Origin: an uncultured Actinomycetota bacterium
GTDB taxonomy: Bacteria; Actinomycetota; Nitriliruptoria; Nitriliruptorales; Nitriliruptoraceae
Length of the DNA stretch: 53,638 nucleotides
Assembly (NCBI GenBank): GCA_964608935.1
Contig: CAZSQF010000001.1
Span: 1-53,638 of the forward strand
Direction: 5' to 3'
Positions 34,932 through 44,399 of this stretch are shown here, piece by piece. The notes beneath the pieces were generated by a model, which was not told where the DNA came from, ran no database searches, and saw only the letters and a list, made by a program, of their open reading frames with translations. A program made the position numbers and the translations under genes. How positions within the stretch are numbered: the stretch's first letter is position 1; each line of letters starts with the position of its first letter.

Positions 34932-36068
34932 TTGATTGGTAAATGGTCGCAAAGAATTCAACTCCGTTGCTTTCAGGGGATGCGTTCCGAGGAGCTACCG
35001 CTTTACGCAATTGGAACTGACGCTTCACCCGGAAATGACTATGTAGGGTACCAGTTCTATAGTTGGCGTATCAAGCCCGCTCTGAACGAACCAAACGCCC
35101 GGATACTTACCGATAACAAGTGGATATTCCACCAGATCGCGCGAGCCTTCCACCTCCCTACACCATCAACGTTTGCACTCTTCGACCCTGAGTTCGGGCT
35201 CACCACTGACGGGGAGCCGTGCCAAACAGTCGAGCACGTACTGGGTGTCCTGCACCGTCACCGACCTGGGGGCATCGTTGTCAAGCCGGCCGGAGGAATC
35301 CGAGGCGATGACCTATGCGTCTTTGAGGCAGTCGACTACGACGTTGGTAAGGCCAGGCGACGCACAGGCGGCCTTGTTGATCTCGCTGCTGAGCTGCGCA
35401 AGCTGCCGGCAATACGTCGAAGGAGCTGTCCCGGCTACGTTGTCCAGGAGATGCTTGTTCAGCATCCGCTGATAGCGGAGCTGTATCCGCACACGATCAA
35501 CACGGTCCGCCTCGTCACCCACATGACCAAGTCTGGCGCAGTACAGACACCGTTCGCGGTACTAAGGTTGGGGCGGGCGGGGAGTCTCACCGATTCATGG
35601 GACAAGGGCGGTGTGGCGGTCGCTGTCGATCCGGAGACCGGACGGCTATCCAGTGGAATCATCAAGCCAAAGCATGGGGGCGGCCGTGTTGACGCGCATC
35701 CCGATACTGGCGTGAGCTTCATCGACCGCACGCTGCCGATGTGGAGTGACGTGCTTGCGATCTGCACGCGGGCCGCCAAAGTCCTTCCTGGGGTCCGCTC
35801 GATTGGCTGGGATATTGTGATTGGAACACAGGGTCCGGTGATCCTCGAAGCCAACGAAGAATGGTCCCTCATCATGGTTCAAGCGCATACCGACGGATGG
35901 CTATCACTGCCCGGTGTTCGAGAGGATCTCGAGAAATTCGGCATCCGCTGTCCACCGGGACGCCCATGGCGGCCGATCATCCTGCCACGCATGGCCGCGT
36001 ATCAGGCATCACTACTCGTACGGAGCGCCAAGCGGCATGCATCGGACTTCCTCCGGAATTGGAAGTGA
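34932..36068 (+). CDS. Sugar-transfer-associated ATP-grasp ligase (ATPgrasp_ST-like)
   Basis: VVKPAGGIRGDDL, VVQEMLVQHP, TVRLVT, WDKGGVAVAVDPETG, and the IGWDIVI...GPVILEANE layout. TTG start at 34932 follows ggagaaaggga. GC is markedly low. Confidence 0.65.
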   Translation: MIGKWSQRIQLRCFQGMRSEELPLYAIGTDASPGNDYVGYQFYSWRIKPALNEPNARILTDNKWIFHQIARAFHLPTPSTFALFDPEFGLTTDGEPCQTVEHVLGVLHRHRPGGIVVKPAGGIRGDDLCVFEAVDYDVGKARRRTGGLVDLAAELRKLPAIRRRSCPGYVVQEMLVQHPLIAELYPHTINTVRLVTHMTKSGAVQTPFAVLRLGRAGSLTDSWDKGGVAVAVDPETGRLSSGIIKPKHGGGRVDAHPDTGVSFIDRTLPMWSDVLAICTRAAKVLPGVRSIGWDIVIGTQGPVILEANEEWSLIMVQAHTDGWLSLPGVREDLEKFGIRCPPGRPWRPIILPRMAAYQASLLVRSAKRHASDFLRNWK

Positions 36069-36154
36069 TGATGAGAAGAAGCCAATCTTCGCTGTCGGCA
36101 TCGACGAACATGACCTCTCGATCGAGAACAGCCGAGGCAGTTCACGGAGGTGCC

Positions 36155-36784
36155 TCATTCCTCGCGTTCTTTCGTTCGATGCCGAGCGGGCATCACCGCT
36201 GAGCCTTCGGGTACGTCCCTCGAGATGACACAGTTCGGCCCGATCCGGGCTCCGTTCCCAACAATGACGTCGCCGACTATCGACACGTTGACGCCAAGGC
36301 GGACGTCTTTCCCGAGAACCGGGGCCGGTCCGGTTCGGACCCAGCGGGCACCGAGCTGAACGCCCTGGCGAATCCAGCAACCGTCCCCGATGACGACCCC
36401 GGCATGGACGGCGATACCGCTCTGGTGGATGATTCGAACGCGCCGACCAATGAGCGCGGTTTCGTGAAGCTCTATCCCGTACCGACGAGTCGCCCGCCTC
36501 CGGAGAGTGCGAGGCACGCAGAGAACGAGTCGACGGAGAACCCCCGGCGACACCCGACGGCCGAAGCGTCCAAGACGGTAGGCGAGCAGAGCCTGGAAGC
36601 CGGGGTAGCGCCATTCACCGAGGTTCGCTTCTCGGTCTTCCCGCACGAGTGTGAGTAACTCGCGAAGCGTAGGCTCAGGGGTTGCTGTCGGTGGGGCTGC
36701 GGAGGGACGGTCGTCCAATGCCGAGACCTTCTCCACGGGTTGTCCGTCTGCAGATGTCGGGGAACCTTCATTGCGACGAGCCAC
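36155..36784 (-). CDS. Serine-O-acetyltransferase-like LbH acetyltransferase (WcaB/CysE type)
   Basis: LRELLTLVREDREANLGEWRYPGFQALLAYRLGRF, followed by hexapeptide repeats (IGRRVRIIHQSGIAVHAGVVIGDGCWI...). Confidence 0.8.
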   Translation of the reverse strand: MARRNEGSPTSADGQPVEKVSALDDRPSAAPPTATPEPTLRELLTLVREDREANLGEWRYPGFQALLAYRLGRFGRRVSPGVLRRLVLCVPRTLRRRATRRYGIELHETALIGRRVRIIHQSGIAVHAGVVIGDGCWIRQGVQLGARWVRTGPAPVLGKDVRLGVNVSIVGDVIVGNGARIGPNCVISRDVPEGSAVMPARHRTKEREE

Positions 36785-36862
36785 GGAGTGACCGTTGACA
36801 TCGAACGACCACCGAGGTGACCGAGCCTGGAGACGGGACCGGTTCCTCGCAGGGCCGGCGCG

Positions 36863-38248
36863 ATGTCGAGACCGTCGTCACGCTACCACGGCGATTGTCG
36901 CTTCCCTCATCCTGCCCATCCTGCCGGACCGATCACCCATGTCCACTACGCTGGCTCCTCTGTCGACGAAGTACGGAGCCCGAGGCGGACGTTGGTTCCC
37001 GGAAATCGTGAGCCCGAACGAACCCGACGAGGCGCGGTCTTCGTGCTGCCGACGTCGCTCACCCGCCAACGCGGCCCCGCGGCGCCCTGGATCACCACGG
37101 CGGGCTGGGCTTCGGGCGCGAAGACCGAGCTAGGGGACGCGTGGATCGTCTCGATGGCAGGCGTCGTGACCCCGGAACGGGCACTGGACCTCCTGTCCGA
37201 GACCGGAACGACCAGCCCTCGCCGGAGATCCCGCGCCCGCCGGGGGGTCCCGGAGCCGGTCGTGACTGCGGCCAAGGATGTACGACGACTACGGGAGGCT
37301 CATCGGCTCCGGCACGCCGTGCTGGTGCCTGGCCCATGGACGTCGACCGACGTTGCCTTCGTCTGGCAACGTCATGACCTGTTCCACACCGCGGGCTTCG
37401 ACCTCGCGCGCCGCCTTGACTGTCCGGTCGTCGTGGCCGTGCACGGCGGCGTGGTGCGTGAATCCGAGGGTTGGGGCGTGCACCGGCCGGGCTGGGGGAA
37501 ACTCGTGGAACGATTCGGGGAGTTCCGCCATTGGCGACGCGCGGATCTTCTCACGTGCGTGAGCGACGAGGTCGTCGCGATCGCCGAGGAAGCCGGGGTC
37601 GACCGAGACCGGATCCTGGTGACACCGAATGGCGTCGACCTGAGCCTGTTCCAAGAGTCGGACGGGCCGAGCCCGATACGGGAGCGGTTCGGGCTCGTTG
37701 ACCAATTCGTCGTGGGCTGGTCTGGGTCCTTCCGCCGATTCCACGGACTGGAGGATGCGATTCACGCGATCGTCACCCTTCAGAAGGACATTCCGAACAT
37801 CGCACTGTTCCTTGTCGGTGACGGACTGGACCGCCCTCGCATCGAGGATGCTGCGAGGACCATGGGTGTCAGGCGTCTCGTCATCACCGGCACGGTTCCT
37901 TACCGTCATGTTCCCGACTATCTCGCCGCGATGGACGTTGCGATGGTTCTTACAGGACATGAGCAGGCCTTTCACTACTCGCCGGTCAAGCTCCGTGAAT
38001 ACATGGCGTGCGGCCTTCCCGTGGTTGCTCCTCGCATCGGCGAATTGCCGAGGATGATCGAGGACGGAGTCAACGGACGCCTGGTTGAACCACGCAACAC
38101 ACAGGAGCTTGCCAGCGCAATCGCCCAGCTCGCGCGGAACGGACCCCTTCGTGCCCGTGTCGGTAGGCAAGCGCGGCTCGACATCGAGAGAACCGGCTCG
38201 TGGGAGGCGCAGGTTCGCGCGGTTCTGCAGCGACTAGAGTCTTCTTAG
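36863..38248 (+). CDS. Glycosyltransferase family 4
   Basis: VVGWSGSFRRFHGLED, LVGDGLDRPRIED and HYSPVKLREYMACGLPVVAPRIGE. The start is uncertain. An in-frame TTG at 36992 after gaggcgg is an alternative. Confidence 0.8.
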   Translation: MSRPSSRYHGDCRFPHPAHPAGPITHVHYAGSSVDEVRSPRRTLVPGNREPERTRRGAVFVLPTSLTRQRGPAAPWITTAGWASGAKTELGDAWIVSMAGVVTPERALDLLSETGTTSPRRRSRARRGVPEPVVTAAKDVRRLREAHRLRHAVLVPGPWTSTDVAFVWQRHDLFHTAGFDLARRLDCPVVVAVHGGVVRESEGWGVHRPGWGKLVERFGEFRHWRRADLLTCVSDEVVAIAEEAGVDRDRILVTPNGVDLSLFQESDGPSPIRERFGLVDQFVVGWSGSFRRFHGLEDAIHAIVTLQKDIPNIALFLVGDGLDRPRIEDAARTMGVRRLVITGTVPYRHVPDYLAAMDVAMVLTGHEQAFHYSPVKLREYMACGLPVVAPRIGELPRMIEDGVNGRLVEPRNTQELASAIAQLARNGPLRARVGRQARLDIERTGSWEAQVRAVLQRLESS

Positions 38249-38446
38249 TCCTAGGGAGGATCCCGCGCCCGCACCTCCCATCTCACGCATGATCGTAGGT
38301 ACACCTCGCTTGGAAACGAAACTGGTTCAGCGGCTTGCTTCTGAGCTGCAGGGGTGTTGTCGTGCCGACAATCACCGGCAGCTGGCGGGCGGGATGGAGC
38401 CTCTGCCGACGTCGGCGTGAGCTGCCTTACGTTACGCCGACCTCCG

Positions 38447-38488
38447 GATTGTGCGAAAATACCATCAGATTGTGCGGGTATACCATCG
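38447..38488. repeat. 21-bp imperfect tandem duplication spanning the stop codon of the HAD-like gene
   Basis: gattgtgcgaaaataccatca (38447-38467) and gattgtgcgggtataccatcg (38468-38488), with 17 of 21 positions identical. Confidence 0.85.
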
Positions 38489-40540
38489 GGCGAGCCTGCC
38501 TGTCACATGTCGAGCCGTTCCTGCTGCTCCGAGCACCTTCCGTGCCGGTGGCGAACTCACGAGCCGTGACCCGTCACGCCAGGTGAACCAATCGCCAGGG
38601 AGCGGCCGTCCCATGAGGCGTCGAGCGACGTCGCCCAGTGACCAGCTTTCAGCGAGTGTTCGCACTGCACCCGTACCAAGCGCCTCAAAGGGAAAACTTC
38701 CCCATGCGCGAGCTTCGTCAATGGTGGGTGTCAAGACGAATTGCCGCAGGTTCTCAGTCACCGTCGCTCGCAGACCGGCATGCAGGGCAACGATCTCGCG
38801 GTCGATCACGAGGTCGTCCGTGAAGCAGTCGATCGTCTCGCGCATCAACCTGAACCCCCGAGTTCCTACGAGACCGGAGGGCTGCGTTGCCAGGGTGGGC
38901 TCGACCCGATCTCCTTCACATCGATACCCGATCGTCGTGCCATGATCCGCCGTGCAGAAGACTTCGAGGAAGGGAACCAGTCCCGCGAAGCGCTCGATCC
39001 CGCGGCCGTGCACAGCATCGAAGAGAAAGACCTCAAGCGCCGCACAGCCGGCATCCGTCGCTGACGCAGGCCATGGTTCGGCGCGTTCACGATAAGCCAG
39101 GAAGCCGATGGGGGCCGACTCCTCGACCTGGGCTCGGAACTCGCTGAGGGCGACGAACTGGCTGGCCACGCCGCCGAGATCGACGATGCCGACTCGCCCG
39201 GATGCCAGGAAACCTTCCTGTGCCAGGTACGCCTGGACCTCACGCCGCGCGATCCTCGCGCGACCTCGAATGATGGTGGCGAGGTCATCACGCGTGAGCA
39301 ACTCCATCAGCCGGGTCAGCCCGGAGGTGGTCAGCTGTTCGCTCCAGCGCTCAGGGAAGAATCCGGCGGATTCCAATTCCGTGGCGACTGCCTCGGCGTC
39401 AAGGTTGAGCCGCGCGAGGATCGAGCGTATGGAGCCCTGCGCTCCGTGTGACAGCAACCAAGGAGCCGTCTGTTCGCTCAGTTCGCCAGCTGCCGCAAGA
39501 TTCAAGACTTGTCGGCTACCACAGAGGTACCTGAGATCACAGCCGACTCCGATCCTCTCCGCCAGAACCGTCGCGATCCGCAGCAACTGCTGCCCATCGC
39601 GTGCCAGGAAGTACAGGCGGTCGACCCCATGACGCGATGCCTGCTGGAGAACCCAGAGGACGTACGCCACCAGGAGTGGTCCCGCCACGCCAGCCGTCGT
39701 GTCCCTGACGGCTCGGGACAGCGGATCCGGCGCCGATACCGTGCATCGCGCGAGCCGCGATGCTCCCGCCAGGAGCGACGACAACCCTTCCGTCTCCCAA
39801 CGGCGCGCCTCCAGGTACTCCTCGAAGCGGTTCGGATTGCCGCCCGGGAGATGGCGCGTTGTGATGCCGAGCCGCTTCGCAGGGATGATGTCGACCGACA
39901 GGTCGTTGCCATGGTGCACGACTTCAGCGGCTCGAACATGCTCCAGACGGAGCACCTCCGCGAACAACCGGCCCGTGCTCTTCGCTGCGCCGTGGTGATT
40001 GGAGACGTAGACGTGGTCGCCTGGCCCGAGCACGCCGTGCCTCCTCAACTGCTCCTCGAGGAAAGTGCTCGGTAGGTACGTGTCAGAGACGAAGATGATT
40101 CGATGCCCCGCGGCCCGGGCGCTCTCGACGGCAGCTCGTCCACTCGGCAAGCAACGGAACAGTTCAGCTTCCAGCCGGAGTTCGGACTCGATCATCTGGT
40201 CTCGAACCGCTGAAGTCAATCCGAATGCAGACCCGAACTCGTCGTAGATCTCCTTCAACGTAATATGAGAGTCACGCCCCCCGGCATTCCGAAAGGCGCG
40301 ACGATCGGCCGCCAGCCGATGCCGTGCGAAGGCCTCCGGAGTGCTACGGCCCAGCCCCCTGACCTGGAGCCATCTTCCCAGTAGCAGAAAGACAGCGTGC
40401 GGCGAAGCGACGGAACGGGTGAGAACGGTGTCGAAAACATCGAACGAAGCCACGCTAAGGGGCTCCTTCGTCCTCCGACGACCCACCCAACGAGGCGTGG
40501 GAACCGCTACGAGGTCCGCCCACGCCGGTAGCTTCGCCAT
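38465..40540 (-). CDS. Large HAD-superfamily-like hydrolase (COG5610-type N-domain plus a roughly 450-aa domain of unknown function)
   Basis: ATG at 40538-40540. SFDVFDTVLTR, VSDTYLP, SNHHGAAKSTG and HHGNDLSVD resemble the HAD-like motif series seen in capsule-locus hydrolases. Confidence 0.65.
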   Translation of the reverse strand: MAKLPAWADLVAVPTPRWVGRRRTKEPLSVASFDVFDTVLTRSVASPHAVFLLLGRWLQVRGLGRSTPEAFARHRLAADRRAFRNAGGRDSHITLKEIYDEFGSAFGLTSAVRDQMIESELRLEAELFRCLPSGRAAVESARAAGHRIIFVSDTYLPSTFLEEQLRRHGVLGPGDHVYVSNHHGAAKSTGRLFAEVLRLEHVRAAEVVHHGNDLSVDIIPAKRLGITTRHLPGGNPNRFEEYLEARRWETEGLSSLLAGASRLARCTVSAPDPLSRAVRDTTAGVAGPLLVAYVLWVLQQASRHGVDRLYFLARDGQQLLRIATVLAERIGVGCDLRYLCGSRQVLNLAAAGELSEQTAPWLLSHGAQGSIRSILARLNLDAEAVATELESAGFFPERWSEQLTTSGLTRLMELLTRDDLATIIRGRARIARREVQAYLAQEGFLASGRVGIVDLGGVASQFVALSEFRAQVEESAPIGFLAYRERAEPWPASATDAGCAALEVFLFDAVHGRGIERFAGLVPFLEVFCTADHGTTIGYRCEGDRVEPTLATQPSGLVGTRGFRLMRETIDCFTDDLVIDREIVALHAGLRATVTENLRQFVLTPTIDEARAWGSFPFEALGTGAVRTLAESWSLGDVARRLMGRPLPGDWFTWRDGSRLVSSPPARKVLGAAGTARHVTGRLARWYTRTI

Positions 40541-40952
40541 GACACGGCGCGGACTCCTCACCTCCCCGGCTCCCGGCGGACGAGTACACGCGTTGCCAAC
40601 AAGCGTTCGCCTCCGATCGGACGGAGCAACACGACCAGCGAGCGGCGCCACCAGGAACCCTTCCCCAGTACGAGAAGGCGGCTTCGGCGCGCCCAGCGAC
40701 GTGCACGATGACCCTGTGTCGGGATGGCGATCCGACGAGCGCCGTGTCGAGGCCACACGTGGTAGGCCCCGACCGGCAGCGGTCGTATCTCTCGGCGACG
40801 TCGAGACCATGGTCGCTCCCCATCGACGATCAACACGACCTGCTCGCCGGAATCCTGAGGCGTATGAAGAGAGCGCAAAGATTCCTCCCAGTGGGTCGTC
40901 GAGGGATCAGGTTCGCCGTGGCCGAATGGCCCCGACCAGCCCTCACGCGGTG

Positions 40953-41957
40953 CTACCACGATGGAACCGCCCATGCAGCCCGCTCACGCAGCTGGTCATC
41001 GGACATCAGTGCCGACGCCACGGCCACATACCAGTCAGGCGGGGGGAACGAGGACACGACGGCTCGCTTCACCTGTTCGATCGAGGTCATCAATAGCGCC
41101 CATCCGAGAGGGGCCTCGAACCGCCAGCCCCGCCCGATCGTGTCAGCCAGCGTGCGACCGCACCACGTGTCGACACCCAGAACGCGTGACAAGGCGCCGG
41201 CCGCACCCAACTGCTGACGGTCGCCGACGGATTTAGCCAGCGTCAGCATCAGATAGCACTGGTCGAACCAGGGAGGAAACCGCGAAGACGCTGTCGCCCA
41301 GTCAACGACAGCAATCCCCCGCCGAGTCTGTAGGAGGTTGCCGACGGCGACGTCGCCATGCTGCCAGGTCGGCGGGGTCATGATCCCGGACGCGGCAGCG
41401 GCACTTGTGAATGAAGCGAGCTTGTCGCGATCAGGTGCCTCGAACACCTCATCAGTCGGCAGTCTCATGAACTCGGACAAGCCCGTCCTCGTGGTGTGGG
41501 CATCCCTGGCTGCGCCATAGCCGGCAAGGATGCGACTCCACTCCCCGACACTGCTGACGTAGCGCCTCAGTCGCCGGACGGCTCTTGGCGAACGCGAAGC
41601 CGCCGGGCTGGCAAGTCGCAGCCGACGACCCGGGATAACCGTCATCGCGAGCACCGTCAGCTTCGGCAGGCTCAGAACGCTCAAGGGCTCGGGCACGAGG
41701 TGACGGTGATGTGGCGGCAACAGGTCGCGCACGTCGCCGAGGTTTCGGAACTCACGAACGAGTTCAGCGCCGGCACTTGTGCCTGATCCCAATTTCAGAA
41801 CGGCTCGCGGGCGTGCCGCTCGGTCAGACTGGCGGAATATGAGCATCTGCCCAGGTCGACGGCTCCAGTTCACCACAATGTCGTGACGAGAGGGCGTCTC
41901 ACCCGGGAACCAGATCGACCATCGTTGGTCGCTCCATCGGATCGCCTGGTCAAGCAT
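40953..41957 (-). CDS. APH/choline-kinase-family phosphotransferase
   Basis: Brenner motif HGDVAVGN, followed by IAVVDWATA. Confidence 0.7.
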   Translation of the reverse strand: MLDQAIRWSDQRWSIWFPGETPSRHDIVVNWSRRPGQMLIFRQSDRAARPRAVLKLGSGTSAGAELVREFRNLGDVRDLLPPHHRHLVPEPLSVLSLPKLTVLAMTVIPGRRLRLASPAASRSPRAVRRLRRYVSSVGEWSRILAGYGAARDAHTTRTGLSEFMRLPTDEVFEAPDRDKLASFTSAAAASGIMTPPTWQHGDVAVGNLLQTRRGIAVVDWATASSRFPPWFDQCYLMLTLAKSVGDRQQLGAAGALSRVLGVDTWCGRTLADTIGRGWRFEAPLGWALLMTSIEQVKRAVVSSFPPPDWYVAVASALMSDDQLRERAAWAVPSW

Positions 41958-41994
41958 GCGGTCGGCTCCCGATCAGCCACGAGGCTAGGCTCGG

Positions 41995-42834
41995 TCAGCC
42001 GTCACGACGACGGATGACGCGCGCAGGATTTCCCACCGCGATGACATTGGACGGGATGTCCGTTGTGACGACGGCCCCTGCACCGATCACGGCTCCCTCC
42101 CCTATCCGCACGCCCGAAAGCACGATCGCGCCATACCCCAGCCACACACCGTCACCGATCAGGACAGGGCCCTTCGTCGTCAGAGATTGATTCCGGACAA
42201 GGACATTAGCGGCGGTTCCATGGTCGAAGGAGTAGATGGCACAGCTCGGGGCGATCTGCACGTCCTCCCCGATCTGGATCGGTGCAACATGCGAGGACAG
42301 GTGGCAGCGCGGATGCACGTGGGTCCGCGCACCGATCGTGACCGCTCCCCCTGGTCCGGTCTCGATGCAGACGTCTGCGTTCAGGTAGACATGGTCCCTG
42401 ATCCGAACAGTCCCACCTTCACGGTGCTGGTACACGACGACACGATCGCCGAGGAACACGTGGGGACCGAGCTCGAGCGACGCGTGGTCGAGTCGGGCGC
42501 TCGGCGCGACGTAACCGTGCCGTGTGAGCTCAGCGAGCCGGTGTCGCCCGAAGTATGGCGGCGCCGTCAAGGTCGCCAGGGTGGTCGCAAGGCGGCGGAG
42601 AAACGGGACTCGTGCCAAGCGCATCCAGCTTTCGGACCAGATCAGCCGCATCGACTTGCGAACGCCGTGGCTGCGCAAGCCGGAGACGACGCGACGACGG
42701 CCGGATCTGCCGAGCCTCAAGAGGTGATTCAACGATGACCTCCCTTCATCCCCGCCCATCCGCCAGCCGGTCGGTCCATCTGACACCGATGCTCCCAGTG
42801 GCCCCTGCGGTCTCGCGCACGCGGGAGCCCTCAC
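41995..42834 (-). CDS. LbH acetyltransferase (WcaF / maltose O-acetyltransferase-like)
   Basis: Hexapeptide repeats, with C-terminal VLIGDGVWLGYGAIVLSGVRIGEGAVIGAGAVVTTDIPSNVIAVGNPARVIRRR. The true start may be the ATG ending at 42759 or the one ending at 42651. Confidence 0.8.
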   Translation of the reverse strand: MRAPACARPQGPLGASVSDGPTGWRMGGDEGRSSLNHLLRLGRSGRRRVVSGLRSHGVRKSMRLIWSESWMRLARVPFLRRLATTLATLTAPPYFGRHRLAELTRHGYVAPSARLDHASLELGPHVFLGDRVVVYQHREGGTVRIRDHVYLNADVCIETGPGGAVTIGARTHVHPRCHLSSHVAPIQIGEDVQIAPSCAIYSFDHGTAANVLVRNQSLTTKGPVLIGDGVWLGYGAIVLSGVRIGEGAVIGAGAVVTTDIPSNVIAVGNPARVIRRRDG

Positions 42835-42955
42835 CCCGACTGCCAGTCACATCTTCATCTTGACCGATGGTGCCGGGCCGGGACATCCCACCACCAGCCG
42901 CGGCACCTTAGCTTGCTAGCGTGCCGGACGCGCCCGGGCCCGCGCGAGCGTCCAG

Positions 42956-43170
42956 GTGGTGGTCCCGTCGAAGCGCCAGAGGGCGCGGCCCTTACCAACT
43001 GCACCACGCCAACCCAATGCACAGGAACTCGTCCGTCTGGTTCGAGAGGACTGGCAGGCCAACCTGCGTGACTGGCGTAATCCGGGATTTCAGGCACTCC
43101 GCTACCGCTTGGTGCAGTTTCGACACCGGCGGGCATCGCGTCTAGGCAACGCTATCGTCATGGCGCTTGC
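42956..43170 (+). pseudogene. 5' fragment of a third WcaB/CysE-like acetyltransferase, truncated by the IS256 remnant
   Basis: QELVRLVREDWQANLRDWRNPGFQALRYRLVQF is paralogous to the N-termini of the genes at 33878 and 36155. No hexapeptide domain follows. The rest of ORF 42956..44833 is antisense to the transposase. Confidence 0.55.
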
Positions 43171-43192
43171 GGGGCGGCGGGGTGGCGTGAAC

Positions 43193-44332
43193 TCATGCCG
43201 CGGTCTTCTTCTTGGTGATCGTGCTGGTGTCGCTGGACGGTGGCGGGTCGATGCCGAGCTCCACGCGCAGCAGGTGCAGCTGGTGGCGCTCCACCTCGGA
43301 AACCGACACTCGCGACCAGCGGTCGGCGCAGCGGATGAGGGTGGCGAACACCAGCTTCATCGCGGAGCGTTCGTCGGTGAACCGGGGGATGATCTTGGTG
43401 CGGCGTTCCTCGACGAAGGAGCGTTCGGCGAGGTTGGTGGTGCGCACGTTGATGCGATGCCGGTGCGGGATGCGGTGGATGGCCAGCAGCGCGTCGAGGT
43501 CGTCGGCCAGGCAGTCCATCGCCGCGGGGAAGGTCCGCGCGAAGCGGTTGATGACCTGATCGGCGGTCGCGCGTGCCTGGTCGAGGGTGGCGGCGTCCCG
43601 GATGGTGCGCACATGGGCCATCACCTCGGGCGCGGCGTCGTCAGGCAGCTTGGCGCGGATGTTGGAAAGCCGGTGGAACCAGCAGCGGATCCTGATCGAG
43701 TCGGGCCACACGCTGCCGATGGCGTTGGTCAGTCCGGGTGCCCCGTCCGCGGTCACACTGGTCGGGGCCCGCAAGCCCCGGGCGACCATGTGGCGGAAGA
43801 ACTCGGTCCGCGCCTGCTCGGATCCCTTGTTGCCCACCGCCAGGTGCAGCAGATGCTTGAACCCGCCCGAGTCGATGCCCCAGGCCACCAGCACCGCTTC
43901 CTTCGCACCGTGCCGGCGCAGCGACTCGAACACCGCATCGACGAACAGATACTCGACCTCGATATCGGACAGATCCCGCGCGCAAAACGCCTGGAACTGC
44001 TCCCAGATCCGATCGGTGATCTCGCTCACCGCCGACTTGGAGATCTCTCCGCTCTCGCGGACGCGGCGGACGATCCCGGTTACCCTCAGGCCGTCCCATT
44101 GGCCGCGACGAAGGTCGGATGCGGACGCAGGGCGGCGCGCCACGGTCGAGCCGGACCGGAGCACGTGCACGAGTGGAACAGACTGCTCCTGCAAGAGCTG
44201 CACATCCAGAGGGAATCGAGGCAACGAGCTGTTGCCATCGTAGTGTTCGTAGCAAGCGTCCACTCGGGAGGGAACTACTGGAGTCTGGTCGGGCTGAGGC
44301 CACCATGGCGCCTTCATCGACGAGGTTGCCAT
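43193..44332 (-). mobile_element. IS256-family (mutator-type) transposase gene, probably a 5'-truncated or degenerate IS remnant
   Basis: SKSAVSEITDRIWEQFQAFCARDLSDIEVEYLFVDAVF, VLVAWGI, ADGAPGL, RCWFHRLSN and RTTNLAERSFVEERR are IS256-type DDE landmarks. The N-terminus is about 40-60 aa shorter than I expect. I could not find terminal inverted repeats. Confidence 0.8.
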
Positions 44333-44399
44333 GGAGGGTTGACACCTTCGAGGCGACGGAACGGGTCTTCGTTCCGGTCGAGATGGAGGGGATTGATTG

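Noticed and set aside
43141-43192. Search for IS256 terminal inverted repeats, comparing this region with 44333-44396
   Set aside because: The best by-eye match was about 10 of 17 positions, which is not convincing. The IS boundaries are therefore left undefined, and the element is treated as a remnant.
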